DNA of 64,000 nt from Macrostomum lignano (lineage: Eukaryota): the NCBI GenBank assembly GCA_002269645.1, contig NIVC01000868.1, positions 62,001 through 126,000 of the forward strand, written 5' to 3'. Below are positions 41,468 through 53,660 of the stretch, in pieces. The translations under genes and the position numbers were made by a program. Position 1 is the stretch's first letter; the number at the start of each line of letters is the position of its first letter. Below the pieces are notes generated by a model. The model was not told the origin of the DNA and ran no database searches. It saw only the letters and a program-made list of their open reading frames with translations.

Positions 41468-41646
41468 ATAGTGTACATGAACAACATGTTACATCAAGCC
41501 AAGTACACTGCAATAGTGTACATGTACAGCATGTTACATCAAGCTAAGTACACTGTAATAGTGTACATGTACAACATTTTACATCAAGCCAAGTACACTG
41601 CAATAGTGTACATGAACAACATGTTACATCAAGCCAAGTACACTGT
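41468..41646. repeat. 45-bp tandem repeat, 4 copies
   Basis: Unit atagtgtacatgaacaacatgttacatcaagccaagtacactgca. Confidence 0.9.
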
Positions 41647-42129
41647 AAGACACTTCATATAAAGCAGAAGTAAAAAAATTGGCAAAGGATAAATAAAAGC
41701 CAGGGAAAAAAAGTGCGATGCGAGCACCTGCTATTAAGAAATGATGAGACTAGGACTGTCAGTTCTGATGATGGCAAACCATGGCAGAGGAACAGGCTCG
41801 CATAAAATTTCAATTAAAACGAAGAGGCAAAAATGCGACTCTGTGGAAGCTGAGACTCAGCTTTAGCGGACTAATATAAAACAGATGAGTAATAAAACCG
41901 GAACAGGTGATTTACAGGTAAAATAGCACGGAATGCATTGGCCTAAGAGACGGAAAGGACTTGTCAGTTCGAGAAGTTCGAGGGCACTCGAACCATTATA
42001 ACAAAGCGGCGAGACTGCCTCAGAGCCGCCAGGAAATCAGGAAATAAAAAATTGATGGCAAACGGAAAAACTGCGAATGAGTGCTGAATTCAAAACACTA
42101 CTTTGTACATTTGTCTCAACGAAACAAGC

Positions 42130-42854
42130 ACCCGCATCGGTCAGTGAGTCACACAATCACCCGCATCGGTCAGTGAGTCACACAATCGCCCGCATCGGTC
42201 AGTGAGTCACACAATCACCCGCATCGGTCAGTGAGTCACACAATCACCCGCATCGGTCAGTGAGTCACACAATCACCCGCATCGGTCAGTGAGTCACACA
42301 ATCACCCGCATCGGTCAGTGAGTCACACAATCACCCGCATCGGTCAGTGAGTCACACAATCACCCGCATCGGTCAGTGAGTCACACAATCACCCGCATCG
42401 GTCAGTGAGTCACACAATCACCCGCATCGGTCAGTGAGTCACACAATCACCCGCATCGGTCAGTGAGTCACACAATCACCCGCATCGGTCAGTGAGTCAC
42501 ACAATCACCCGCATCGGTCAGTGAGTCACACAATCACCCGCATCGGTCAGTGAGTCACAAAATCACCCACATCGGTCAGTGAGTCACACAATCACCCAAA
42601 TCGGTCAGTGAGTCACACAATCACACACATCGGTCAGTGAGTCACAAAATCACCCACATCGGTCAGTGAGTCACACAATCACCCACATCGGTCAGTGAGT
42701 CACACAATCACACACATCGGTCAGTGAGTCACACAATCACACACATCGGTCAGTGAGTCACACAATCACCCACATCGGTCAGTGAGTCACACAATCACAC
42801 ACATCGGTCAATGAGTCACACAATCACCCACATCGGTCAGTGAGTCACACAATC
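42130..42854. repeat. 29-bp minisatellite (~25 copies)
   Basis: Unit cccgcatcggtcagtgagtcacacaatca. Confidence 0.97.
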
Positions 42855-42916
42855 ACGGAGAGCCTGTCAGCAGGTGAGGCTCACAATGGCTGCCGAGGAG
42901 CGCCAGTCTAGCGGAC

Positions 42917-44617
42917 TCAAACCTGCACAGGCAGAGTTCGCGCCCTCGGTGTGAGCCGGTTGTCATCGGCTTCGTCCATGTCATCGCCGTCCAGCTGCGC
43001 GGGCGAGTCCGTGCAGAAAATGGCGAAGCCGAGGCCGGCGAGCAGCAGCGCGAGAACGGAGGCGGCTGAGGCGGCGGCCACCTCGCCCGGAGTGAGCAGA
43101 TTTTGGAAGGCCGATGCTGTGGTAAAATAGTTGAGCAGATGATCAAAATTGAGTAATAATACTACTGGTTAAATGCACTGAAGAGCAGGGTTGTACTGGT
43201 ATGCACCTGAGACTTGGGAACGAAATTATATACGATGTCAAGGGTTCGGCCAAGGTGCACTAACTCATCGGGTTCGGCCAAGGTGCACTAACTCAGCCGG
43301 GTTCGGCAGAGGTGTACTAACTCATCGGGTTTGGCCAAGGTGCACTAAGTCATCGGGTTTGGCCAAGGTGCACTAAGTCATCGGGTTTGGCCAAGGTGCA
43401 CTAAGTCATCGGGTTTGGCCAAGGTGCACTAAGTCATCGGGTTTGGCCAAGGTGCACTAAGTCATCGGGTTTGGCCAAGGTGCACTAACTCATCGGGTTC
43501 GGCCAAGGTGCACTAACTCAGCCGGGTTCGGCAGAGGTGTACTAACTCAGCCGGGTTCGGCAGAGGTGTACTAACTCATCGGGTTTGGCCAAGGTGCACT
43601 AAGTCATCGGGTTTGGCCAAGGTGCACTAAGTCATCGGGTTTGGCCAAGGTGCACTAAGTCATCGGGTTTGGCCAAGGTGCACTAAGTCATCGGGTTTGG
43701 CCAAGGTGCACTAACTCAGCCGAAGGTTGGACTAAGCAAGCCAGAGCTCTCACCAGAACACAGCGCATGCAGATCGGCCGTCGTGTTGCCAACCGTGCAG
43801 CGAAACCGGACTCGGCCGCGGATGCCAGCAGCGGAGCAGCTGACCAACTCGGACTCCACTGCCAGCGCCCGCTGCCCCAGCCTGCAGCCGCCGCCGCTGC
43901 TGCTGTTGGTGGCCACAGCGGCCCGCCAGCCTCTGGGCGCCAGCCGGACGCCAGCAAGTGCGCGGATTCGGGGCCGGCTGGCAGGAAAGCTGCAGCTGGA
44001 GCGGCACGAGAGCCGCAGACCCTGGCCGCTGCCGCTGCTGGTGGTGAGATCGAAGGGCGCCAATAAGCTGCCGTTCCCGCGAAGCCGCTTGGCGGGGGAA
44101 ACAGGGCCACCGGTGAACCGCTCCATTTGAGCAGGAACTGGAGGGTGAATGTGAAGGGGTGGAATTCACATCAAGCTGCACAAACAAAACTTGAGAAGAC
44201 CAGAGCAAAACTAAAGCAGCAGTTATAGAACTCACTAGTCACATTGAGAAACACATTGCTGCTGTTACTGGCGTACTTGCAGTACCAGTAGCCGCGCTGG
44301 CTCCATTGCACCTGTTTGATGGTGAGCACATGCTGAGTAGCTATGAAACAGTTGGCATGGTTCTGCCAGACTGAGTACTGGCGATCATTGTAAGGCTTGC
44401 AGTTCTCTGACACATCGTTGTTCTCATTTTTAAAGCTCCAAAAGATAGATTGATCTCTTGATTGTCCATTCCAGCCCATGTCAATGTTGCAAGTAAGGTT
44501 TGCAGGGCTGCCTACAGTCACTACCGCAGGTGACACAGAGACGCTGATGCTAAAGCTGCTGAATCCTGGTGCCAGAGCTGTTAAGAGCAACAGTACGAGT
44601 ATAAATGTCCTGCTCAT
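42917..44617 (-). CDS. Immunoglobulin-superfamily type I membrane protein (signal peptide, 2 Ig-like domains, TM, short acidic tail), ~321 aa
   Basis: Exons 44617-44236, 44137-43754 and 43116-42917 joined by phase-1 GT-AG introns. Signal peptide MSRTFILVLLLLTALAPG; Ig1 motifs LTC..W..LTIKQVQWSQRGYWYC; Ig2-like LSC...FRCTVGN; TM AASVLALLLAGLGFAIFC. Confidence 0.8.
43238..43720. repeat. 28-bp minisatellite in intron 2 of the Ig gene
   Basis: Unit gggtttggccaaggtgcactaagtcatc. Confidence 0.96.
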
Positions 44618-45539
44618 TATTGAAGACTGACTGAAACAGTTCAATAGTGAATCAGATTAGAATTTAATATTTAATAGATTAGATGTCAAAATGATCCTAG
44701 ACTTGCAATATAATTGATAGATAATCCCGAGTTCCATTTTTTACTTTCTAGTCATCCATTTATATAAATAAAACAATACATGTATGGATTCTAAAAAATC
44801 TTTTCTATTGGGTGCTTATCTAGGCTGGGGCTGGGCTTAGGGAAATAAAAGCAACAAAAATATGGCTTCGTTCCACCCAACTAGACTTACTCGAGAGGAA
44901 CTAAAAAAAATATATTGATGTAGTATAAAAAGGTAATTAAAAAAAGAAAAAAGTAAAAGACAAAAAATGAATTGCAATTATATTCACAAGAAACAAAAAT
45001 AATTTATTATAAAGGGCAAGTTATTAGGCAAGGGAGATTGAAACAAAAGCAAATTGTTGATTGTAGAAAATCACTTAAATTCAAATATTATGTCTTGTTA
45101 GCTAAGGAACGAAATAGTTACGTGATATCCAGTGGTATCGAATAGCCTGATAGCCATATAATAAAATCCTGCTGCTTCTTTGTCTTCGTCTTTGTGCATG
45201 AGTAACTAAAGGCATCAAGCTTACATGTTAGAAAACGATAAAGGGTAAGATCTAAAGTAAAATTTAAAGAAGTAATGTGTTTTTTGAATATTTATTATTA
45301 TAAAGAAGGGTCTGAGTATTTTAACATAAACATTTTGTTTATATCATTAGCTTCTTAGAAAGAATTTTCAAAACAACTGTCAGCTGATCGAGGGGACCTC
45401 ACTTATGCATACATAAGGGTAAGGGGGGTACTTAAGTTATGCATTAATTATTTTCTTCTACTCTTGAATTACTATTAAATACATTGAAATATATTGGCCA
45501 AACAGGCTTCTTGCCTGAGCCAAACTTACTACTACTAAA

Positions 45540-45598
45540 AAAGGGGCCGGCCGATTGCAGACGCGGTCCGCTGCGGGCCACAGCACTATGGCTAGTAA
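45540..45598 (+). mobile_element. Possible isolated Helitron 3' terminus
   Basis: A GC-rich imperfect hairpin in AT-rich context followed by ggCTAG|T; matching 5' end not located. Confidence 0.4.
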
Positions 45599-47515
45599 TA
45601 GGTTAAGAATAAAAGATTATGTGTGTTTCGTTTCTATTTTTATGTAATTAACCGCTTATTTGTTTTTAATTGACACATTTCACAAAAATTAATATCTTTA
45701 AACATTGCAATGCAACAGAACTTCGAATAATTCAATCAAGAAAACAAGAAAATTAGTTTAGGCTTAACTTTTGCTGCTGTTATATTTGTCAACTAATTTT
45801 ACTAGTGAAACAAATTAAAATGACAGAGAGGCATCTATCTTAATGTGATGTACTAACTTAGTACATCACACTTATTTTAAATAGTTATTGCTTTTTATAA
45901 ATTTATTAGTTAGGCCTACAACTTAGGACAATTTATCAATTATCATTGACAACTTGTCCTTGTCATTGACAACCTTAATGGTTAATGTGTATAACTATAT
46001 AATCTATTGTGATTTTGTAATTTCATGATGCAATAGTAACAGCTAGGCACCTATTCATTATTTTTTGTTTCATTTATACTGGCAAATATTGCATAAATAG
46101 GCCTATGCAAATACAATTAGTGTATCTATATTATTATTTAGATTGTCTCATTTGTAATACTCATAGAAGAAGCTAGATGGTTTTCTAGGTAGGCTATATA
46201 ATATGATATAGTCTTACACTCAAATTTGTCTTATAGTATACCAGAAGAAAAGACCCTCTCTATACTAATATTTCCATACTTTAGATCATATAGACCTAGT
46301 ATATACCCAAAAATTTGGGCATGCATTGGCCTTGCATACCAAAAGTAGGCATGCATAGTTAGCACGCATTTGTCCTAAAAATAGTGTGCATGCATACCTG
46401 GCGTGCACTTTATAGAATGACGTTAAATAGTTAGTGTTAACTATTAAGTGGAAAAAAGATAAAAAGTTTATTTTACGGGTAAATTTCAAGCTTTTCTGTT
46501 TTTTCAGCTTTTAATGAGGCATTTAAACAAGCATTTGCATATATTGATTTTTTTGCTGTAAAATTATAAGTAAAAAAATCAACCAAATCATTAGCCAAAA
46601 AAGAGTTCCTTATACAACCCAAAAAAGATCATTTATTGTTGCAACATAAAAAAGGTCATTTCTTGTTGCAACACTGATATAGATTTAAAAGCTTATAAGT
46701 GTTGCACTCAATTTTTTTGGCATACATTTGTAATTATTCAATATTTGTTTGGGTGTACACCTAGCATAATCTAGATTAGTATAAATTCAAGTTTATACCA
46801 AAAATGTTGTATATAATATTATAATATGTATGCCAGTATAAAATTGTAACACTATGTTAAATTTTAACTCAAATTTTTGTCCCTTTTTTATTTGGTGCTA
46901 AAAAGTATATCAGTAAAAAGTGAATAAAGAATAATTATTGTAAATATTTCTTGTTTTTTTTTGTTTTAACATTATTTATAAATAAAATATTTAAGTAATT
47001 TTTAGTATGCCATTATCCCTATGCCATATTCCAGTAAAGTGCTACACAAATTTGCCATGGTTTTAGCTATTTTGATATGCTAGACATTATATGTTAAGCA
47101 TATTTTTAGGTCTACCATATATTGGATTTTTTTTGGCAAGCTTATATATAAGATGTCTTATATTTTACATGTAAGATTTATGAGTGGGAATATAGACTAT
47201 AGGTCAAATGGGCAGTAGAACAAAAGGTGATAGATAAAAGTTAACAAAGCACAAATAATATTGTGGGTAATAGTCATTTTGTGTACTGGCATTTTGTCAA
47301 TTTAGTATGTGTTGCCTCAGTTGACAAAATGACCAAAATTTCTATTTCAGATATACTAAACATGAAAACTATATATATGTCAATTGGTGCCATGTATAAG
47401 AGTCGTCATATCTCGCCATGAAAAATCCATATACTAAAAATGAAAAGCTTGCTTGCTTATATGTTTGTGTGCAATTGATTTTTTCCCAAACAGCTTAACC
47501 AATTTTCATATAGGT

Positions 47516-48134
47516 CAGGGGGGCAACCTCTAGCCAGCGGGCCAGATCCAGCTTACAAAGACTTTATGCAGCCGGCAAACTTCCTTTATATTCATTATTA
47601 TAATCTAGCCCACATCTTTATTATAATTGCATTGTTTCATCTACAAAAGTTTTGTGCACTAAAAATGGGGAATTTCTTTCCTCAATAGCCAACTTAATGA
47701 CAAATAGTAATGAGACACAAACTGAGTATAAGTGGCTATTTACAAAGTCTAGATTAGAAAGTCTAGTAAAACTTGAATAGAATAGAAATTGGGGAATTGG
47801 TGGCAAAGGAAAGTGAGATGAGGGGTAACAATGAGGGGTACAAATGTAGTAATCTACTAAAGACCCAGGGGGCAGATTCTGGAAGGTAAAGACCCTAGGA
47901 GGCCAGATTCTAGAGAAAGACCCAAGGGGGGACAGATTCTGGAAGGTAAAGACCTAAGGGGTGGATTCTGGAAGGTAAAGACCCAAGGGGCAGACTCTGG
48001 AGGGTAAAGACCCAATGAAGGGAGGGGTAGAGTAATCGAGGGGGGCAGAGTTAACAAGGGGGGCAACCTATGGCCTGTGGTCTTGAACTGAAAGTCTTAT
48101 CTGGCCCTCAAGTGGAAAAGGTTGCCAACCCCTG
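47516..48134. mobile_element. hAT-type MITE (619 bp)
   Basis: 8-bp TSD atataggt (47508-15 and 48135-42); imperfect TIRs caggggggcaacct / aggttgccaacccctg; internal ~37-bp repeats. Confidence 0.85.
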
Positions 48135-51100
48135 ATATAGGTCTATAAATGATATGTATCTAACATAACTGTGTAATCATTGCTGCTTATAAAATTTGTT
48201 ATTGATGATGTCATTTTAATAATTAACCTATTTTATTATTTAAAACAATCAAATTAAGCATTCAACTTTGTACTAATATTGCTGTGTGCATAGGTGAAAT
48301 GCTTAAATGCAAATGTTCTATATAAATGCATGCATCACTTATGCACTGAACCTATATGCCTATATGGATCTGTGCCTTATGAATCTTGCACATTAATATG
48401 TTATATGACCATACATGTACCCACGTGGATCATTCACCCTATCAAAATGCAAATTTGTAACTTTTGTGTAACTAATTATCTACCCTATTATGCTATATGC
48501 ATGTTTAGAACAAATGAGTGCATTATTTTGTTAATAGTCAAAGATGCATCAAAGCTGGCCGATGTTGCAAAAAGGTATAGATATTCATTTGGCTAGTTAC
48601 CCTAATCTTGCCTGAGTATTTAGTTTCAGTTTTTGCAGCTGTATGGGATATTTAATTAGTACTTAACAAAGTGACCAAGGTTGGTAAACTCCCTATCAGC
48701 TAGTTGACAACCCTATTGGAAGAAGTCTTAATTTTGTGGTCGCTATCCAGTGCACCTGAAAAATTTGGCAAGCATGGGTTTAGGCAGATGTGCTAACTTT
48801 ATTTTTATGTGTGATGGATAAAAACCTATAATAGCTCCAATGATAGCAGTTAAATAAAACTTTCTCATGAGGCTTCTCTATATGGTCACCAATTATTGCA
48901 TGCATTTCTGCTACTGAGAATGCAAACAAGTATAAGTATTAGCAAAGTTATGTAGCCAGGTAAAGCAATTAAAGAGTGCATATAAAAATTTGCATTTCCA
49001 TACCTCAGAACATAATCAGTTGTTGGCTTGTATAGTTCCCTGCTAATTAGTATTTAAGTGTGGTTTTAACTTTCTATCTTATGCTAAAAATGCCCTTCAA
49101 CTGTCTTCTATCTATTGGACTATATATACATACCTAGTCCAAGTGAGGCATGGCAAACACTTATGTGGGATAACCTATGCTGGTAGCAGAATTCTCATTA
49201 GCAATTTGGGCACCAAGGTTTGACCATAGACATTGACATGTCTATTAACACATTAGCAATCACAAGTTCAAAATGAAAAATTCCAATGAATAGAGCTCTT
49301 GGGTGCTTTTTTAAAAGATAAAGTGGCAATTTAAAACAATAGTACTCACTTATTATGAGCTAGATACACATATTGATGCATCTTGTAAATGGTTAAAGAT
49401 AAAAAAGAATTTAATTGTATGACTTATTTGTTATTCTTTTATTTTAATTTACATTTACAAGCATGAAATCTCAGCAAGGTATTGCAAAACAGTGATAAAA
49501 ATTGATATATATTGAAATGCTATTTATCCTGATCATAGTATCATAATAAAAAAATTATAGGCCTAGTAAATGCAAATAATAGTATATTTAAATATATTAT
49601 TGACTTGATACTATGTTTTAGATTATTATTTATATAATAAAAGTTTATTTGAAAGTTGGTTTTAACTTCTAATTCTTTTTTATTGCCTTTGACATTGTTT
49701 TAGCTAAATAAAATAATTTATTAATTTAAATGTACATATTTTTTAAAAATTATTAAAAATATGTTATTATATATATTAAATATATTAATTATTAATTATT
49801 AATAATTAATATTAAATTAATTAATAAAATTAATTAATTAATAATTAATTACACATAATCACACATAAAATTAATTTATTAAATTAATTAATTAATAAAT
49901 TAATTAATTATTAAATATATTAAAAAAAAACATTTAAATTAATAAATTATTTTATTTAGCTAAAACAATGTCAAAGGCAATAAAAAAGAATTAGAAGTTA
50001 AAACCAACTTTCAAATAAACTTTTATCTCTAAATATAAAAATCAAAACTCTGTGTGTGTGTGTGTCTGTCTGTGTGTGGACAATTTTGATCGCTATGGAC
50101 TCCCAAACCACTCAACCAAATGACACCAAATTTTACACCCACCCTAAACTCACTACGGAGAATGTCTTAGGCTACCTTTAAATTTCCTAAATTTGAGTCT
50201 TCCTACCTAAAAGTGCAAAAAACTGCTCAAAATGCGCGATTTTTTTACTAAAGCCTCCTTAGCGCCGCTCCACTTCTACCGATCCTCTTCAAATTTGACA
50301 CAATCAATTTTCAACTATTTTGACACAATCGTGTAAAATTTCGAGTCTCAAAGTTAATCCTGAACGGCGCTGTGCACTTTTAAAGTTTGGCTGTTTTTTT
50401 CAGCGAGACAGCCACCCCAACCTCCGCCCGCCTGCCTCTTTCCCGATCTGGGCAAAGGGTGTAAATGGGTTTTAAAATGACTAACTTTCGGCTGCCATAG
50501 TTTGCTCCACGTGAAGCGATTGACTTCTAACTTAACACAATTCTTCTTTGATTCATTCTCTGTCTAAATGTAAAGTTTCAACTCTCTAACTCAATCAGAA
50601 CAGAAACTGTAAGCATGTGAAGTTTGTCTGCTTTTTCTGTTGTTTGTGCCACTCACTCACTCATTCCCCAGAGCCAGACGAAGGGTCAGGCGATAGGGCT
50701 CAATGTACATAGCGAGTGTACAGTGTTTTGGAATAACTTTTTAATAGCCTTCTCTGTACCCGCGACTGCGATTAGAAAGGCGTGGAGAGGAGAGACAGTT
50801 TAGCGAGAGATTCAAACCACTGTCCTCTGTATAGACAAGTCTGCAGCAGTTTAACTGTGGATGGCAAATCAAGAGTCAAGACAATGGTGGGATGGTTTGT
50901 AAAAATAGCGAAAAATAAATGAATAACAACTGATTACAATACAATTCTACTAAATCAGTTAGTTACAGCATGAAGCTTTCAACATTAAAATTCGCATAAG
51001 GTAACTTTAAAATTTAAATGGCTCCTAAGAAATGCGTATTTCCCTTGGTTGTTAGACTGCTGCAGAGTGCAGACTTTGGTGGTGGAGCTGGAGATACACA

Positions 51101-52183
51101 AATTTCTCTCAAGGGCTGCTAATTGGCCAGAAAGATGACGTGATTAAAGGATAAGAAATGATAACAGCCATGCGAGTACTACTGTACTACGTCCCACAAT
51201 TCCACTAACTGGCTTTTGAAGCAGGGATTGGCAGATTTTTATCTCAAAGGCCAGATAAAGAATCCAGCCCATGGCTGCGCCTGCGGGCCAGATGAGAGTG
51301 AAAAGGAAAAGGAATAGACTATTAGATAGAAAGAGAGTAGGGGCGAGAGGGGGCGAAGAGAAACGATAGAAGATAACGCGAGACACGAGGGGGTTAAGGA
51401 GAGCCTGCAGAGAATATGAGCAGGAGAGGCAGCCACCCCAACCTCCGCCTCTCTCTCCCTTATCTGGCGAGATGTGGAAAAGGTTTTAAAATAGACTAAC
51501 TTTCGGCTGTCATAAGTTTGCTCCACATGAAGCGATTGAATTCAAACTTGACACAATCCTTCATTGACTCATTCTCTATCTAAATGTTAAGTTTCAACTC
51601 TGTATCCTAATTAGGACAGAAACTATAAGCATGTGAAGTTTGTCTGCTTTTTCTGTTGTTTGCCGCTCACCCAACTCATTCCCCCAGACGAAGGATCAGG
51701 CGATAGGGCTCAATGTACATAGCGAATGTACAGTGTTTTGGAATAACTTTTTAATAGCCTTCTCTGCACCCCCGCGAGTGGAGAGGCGTGGAGAGGAGAG
51801 AGTTTAGTGAGAGATTCAATTTCAAACCACTGTCCTCTGAATAGACAAGTCTGCAGCAGTTAAACAAGGATGGCAAATCAAGGCGATGTGGGATGGTTTG
51901 TAAAAATAGCGAAAAATTAATGAATAACTGATTACAATGCAATCCTACTAAATTAGTTACACCATCAAAATTTTAACATTAAGATTCGCATAAGATAACT
52001 TTAAAATTTAAATGGCCTCCTAAGAAATGCGTATTTCCTTGGTTGTTAGACTGCTGCAGACTGTGGTGGTGGAGCTGGAGAATGGAGATACACAAATTCC
52101 TCTCAGGGCTGCTAATTGGCCAGAAAGATGACGTGATTAAAGCATGAGAAATTATAACAACCATGATAGTACTACGTCCCACG

Positions 52184-52326
52184 AGGGCCGGATTGCTATT
52201 GCGAAGTTTCAAAGGACCCGAGGGCCGGATTGCTATTGCGAAGTTTCAAAGGACCCGAGGGCCGGATTGCTATTGCGAAGTTTCAAAGGACCCGAGGGCC
52301 GGATTGCTATTGCGAAGTTTCAAAGG
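52184..52326. repeat. 37-bp tandem repeat, ~4 copies (inside the Helitron)
   Basis: Unit gagggccggattgctattgcgaagtttcaaaggaccc. Confidence 0.9.
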
Positions 52327-52429
52327 TCCCCATGATAGTACTTTCGAAGCAGGGATTGGCAGATTTTTATCTCAAAGGCCAGATAAAGAATCCAGCTCAT
52401 GGCTGCGGGCCAGATGAGAGTGAAAAGGA

Positions 52430-53125
52430 AAAGTGGTGAGGAGAGAGCAGAGAAGAAGGGAGGAAGAAGCGAGAGGAGGGGAGAAAGGAAGGAGAGGAAA
52501 GAGTAAAGGTGAGAAGAGGGGAGAGATGAGACAGAGGATCGATGAGAGAGGAGAGTAGAGAAGATTGAGAAGAGAGTAGAGATGAGAGAGCAGAAAGAAG
52601 ATGACAGAGGGTCAAGAGGAGAGGAGAGAGTAGAAAGGATAGAGAAGAGAGGAGATAAAAGGGGGAGAGAGAAGTGAGAAGAGAAGAGATAGAGATAAGA
52701 GAGTGGTGAAAGAAGAGGGGAGAAAGGAGAGATGAGAGAGTAAAGGGAGGAGGAGAGAGGAAAGAGATGAGATTGTAGAGATGAGACAGGTGAAAAAGGT
52801 GAGAGGAGAGTGAGAGAGACGAGAAAAGATAATAGACGAGAGAGAGTATAGAAGAGGGAAGAGAGAAGAAGAAAGGAGTAAGGAAAGAGAGGAGTCAGAA
52901 GAGGTGAAAGAGAAGAGTACAGAGGAGATAAGTGAGAGAACGTATAAGAGAGTAAAGATGACAGATAAGAGAGCAGATGAACAGACGAGAGATGGGAGAG
53001 TAGAGAGAACAGAGGAGAGATAAGAGAGAAGATATTACAGAGACTAGAGGAGAGAGGAGAGACAGGGAGAGAGAAGAAGAAATAGGAGAATGAAGAGGGG
53101 AGAGAGTAGAGAGAAGAGAGATGGG

Positions 53126-53181
<56 letters not shown>

Positions 53182-53182
53182 A

Positions 53183-53263
<81 letters not shown>

Positions 53264-53660
53264 AAGCGCAGAGCAGAGAGAAACGAGAAGAGATAAGAGA
53301 GAAAATATAAAAGAAGAGAAAGGAGAGATGAAAGAGCGGACGAGAGAGAAGAGAGGTGAGGGAAGAGACGAGCGACGAGGGGAGAGAGGAGAGAGAGAGG
53401 AAAGAGTAGAGAGGAGAGATGAGAGAGTAGAGGAGAGAGTTAAGAGAAGAGAGAAAAGAATAGAGAGGACAAGGAAGAGACGAGAGAAGAGGGGGAGAGA
53501 GGAGAGAGGAGAGGAGAGAGAAAAGAAGAGGGAAGAGATGAGACAAGAGAGATGAAAGAGAAGAGAGATGAGGGAAGATACGAGAGAAGAGAGGAGAGAG
53601 GAGAGACGAGAGACGAGGGATGAGAGAGAAGAAAGGAAACAGAGAGACGATAGAAATTTT
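52430..53660. repeat. GA-rich polypurine tract with a (GA)n core at ~53125-53262
   Basis: Almost entirely G/A on the + strand; source of the spurious L/S-rich and R/E-rich ORFs. Confidence 0.95.

Noticed and set aside
48294-48596. Duplicated ORF (also 54987-55178) as a two-copy gene
   Set aside because: An AT-rich chance ORF that recurs only because it lies in the palindrome arms.
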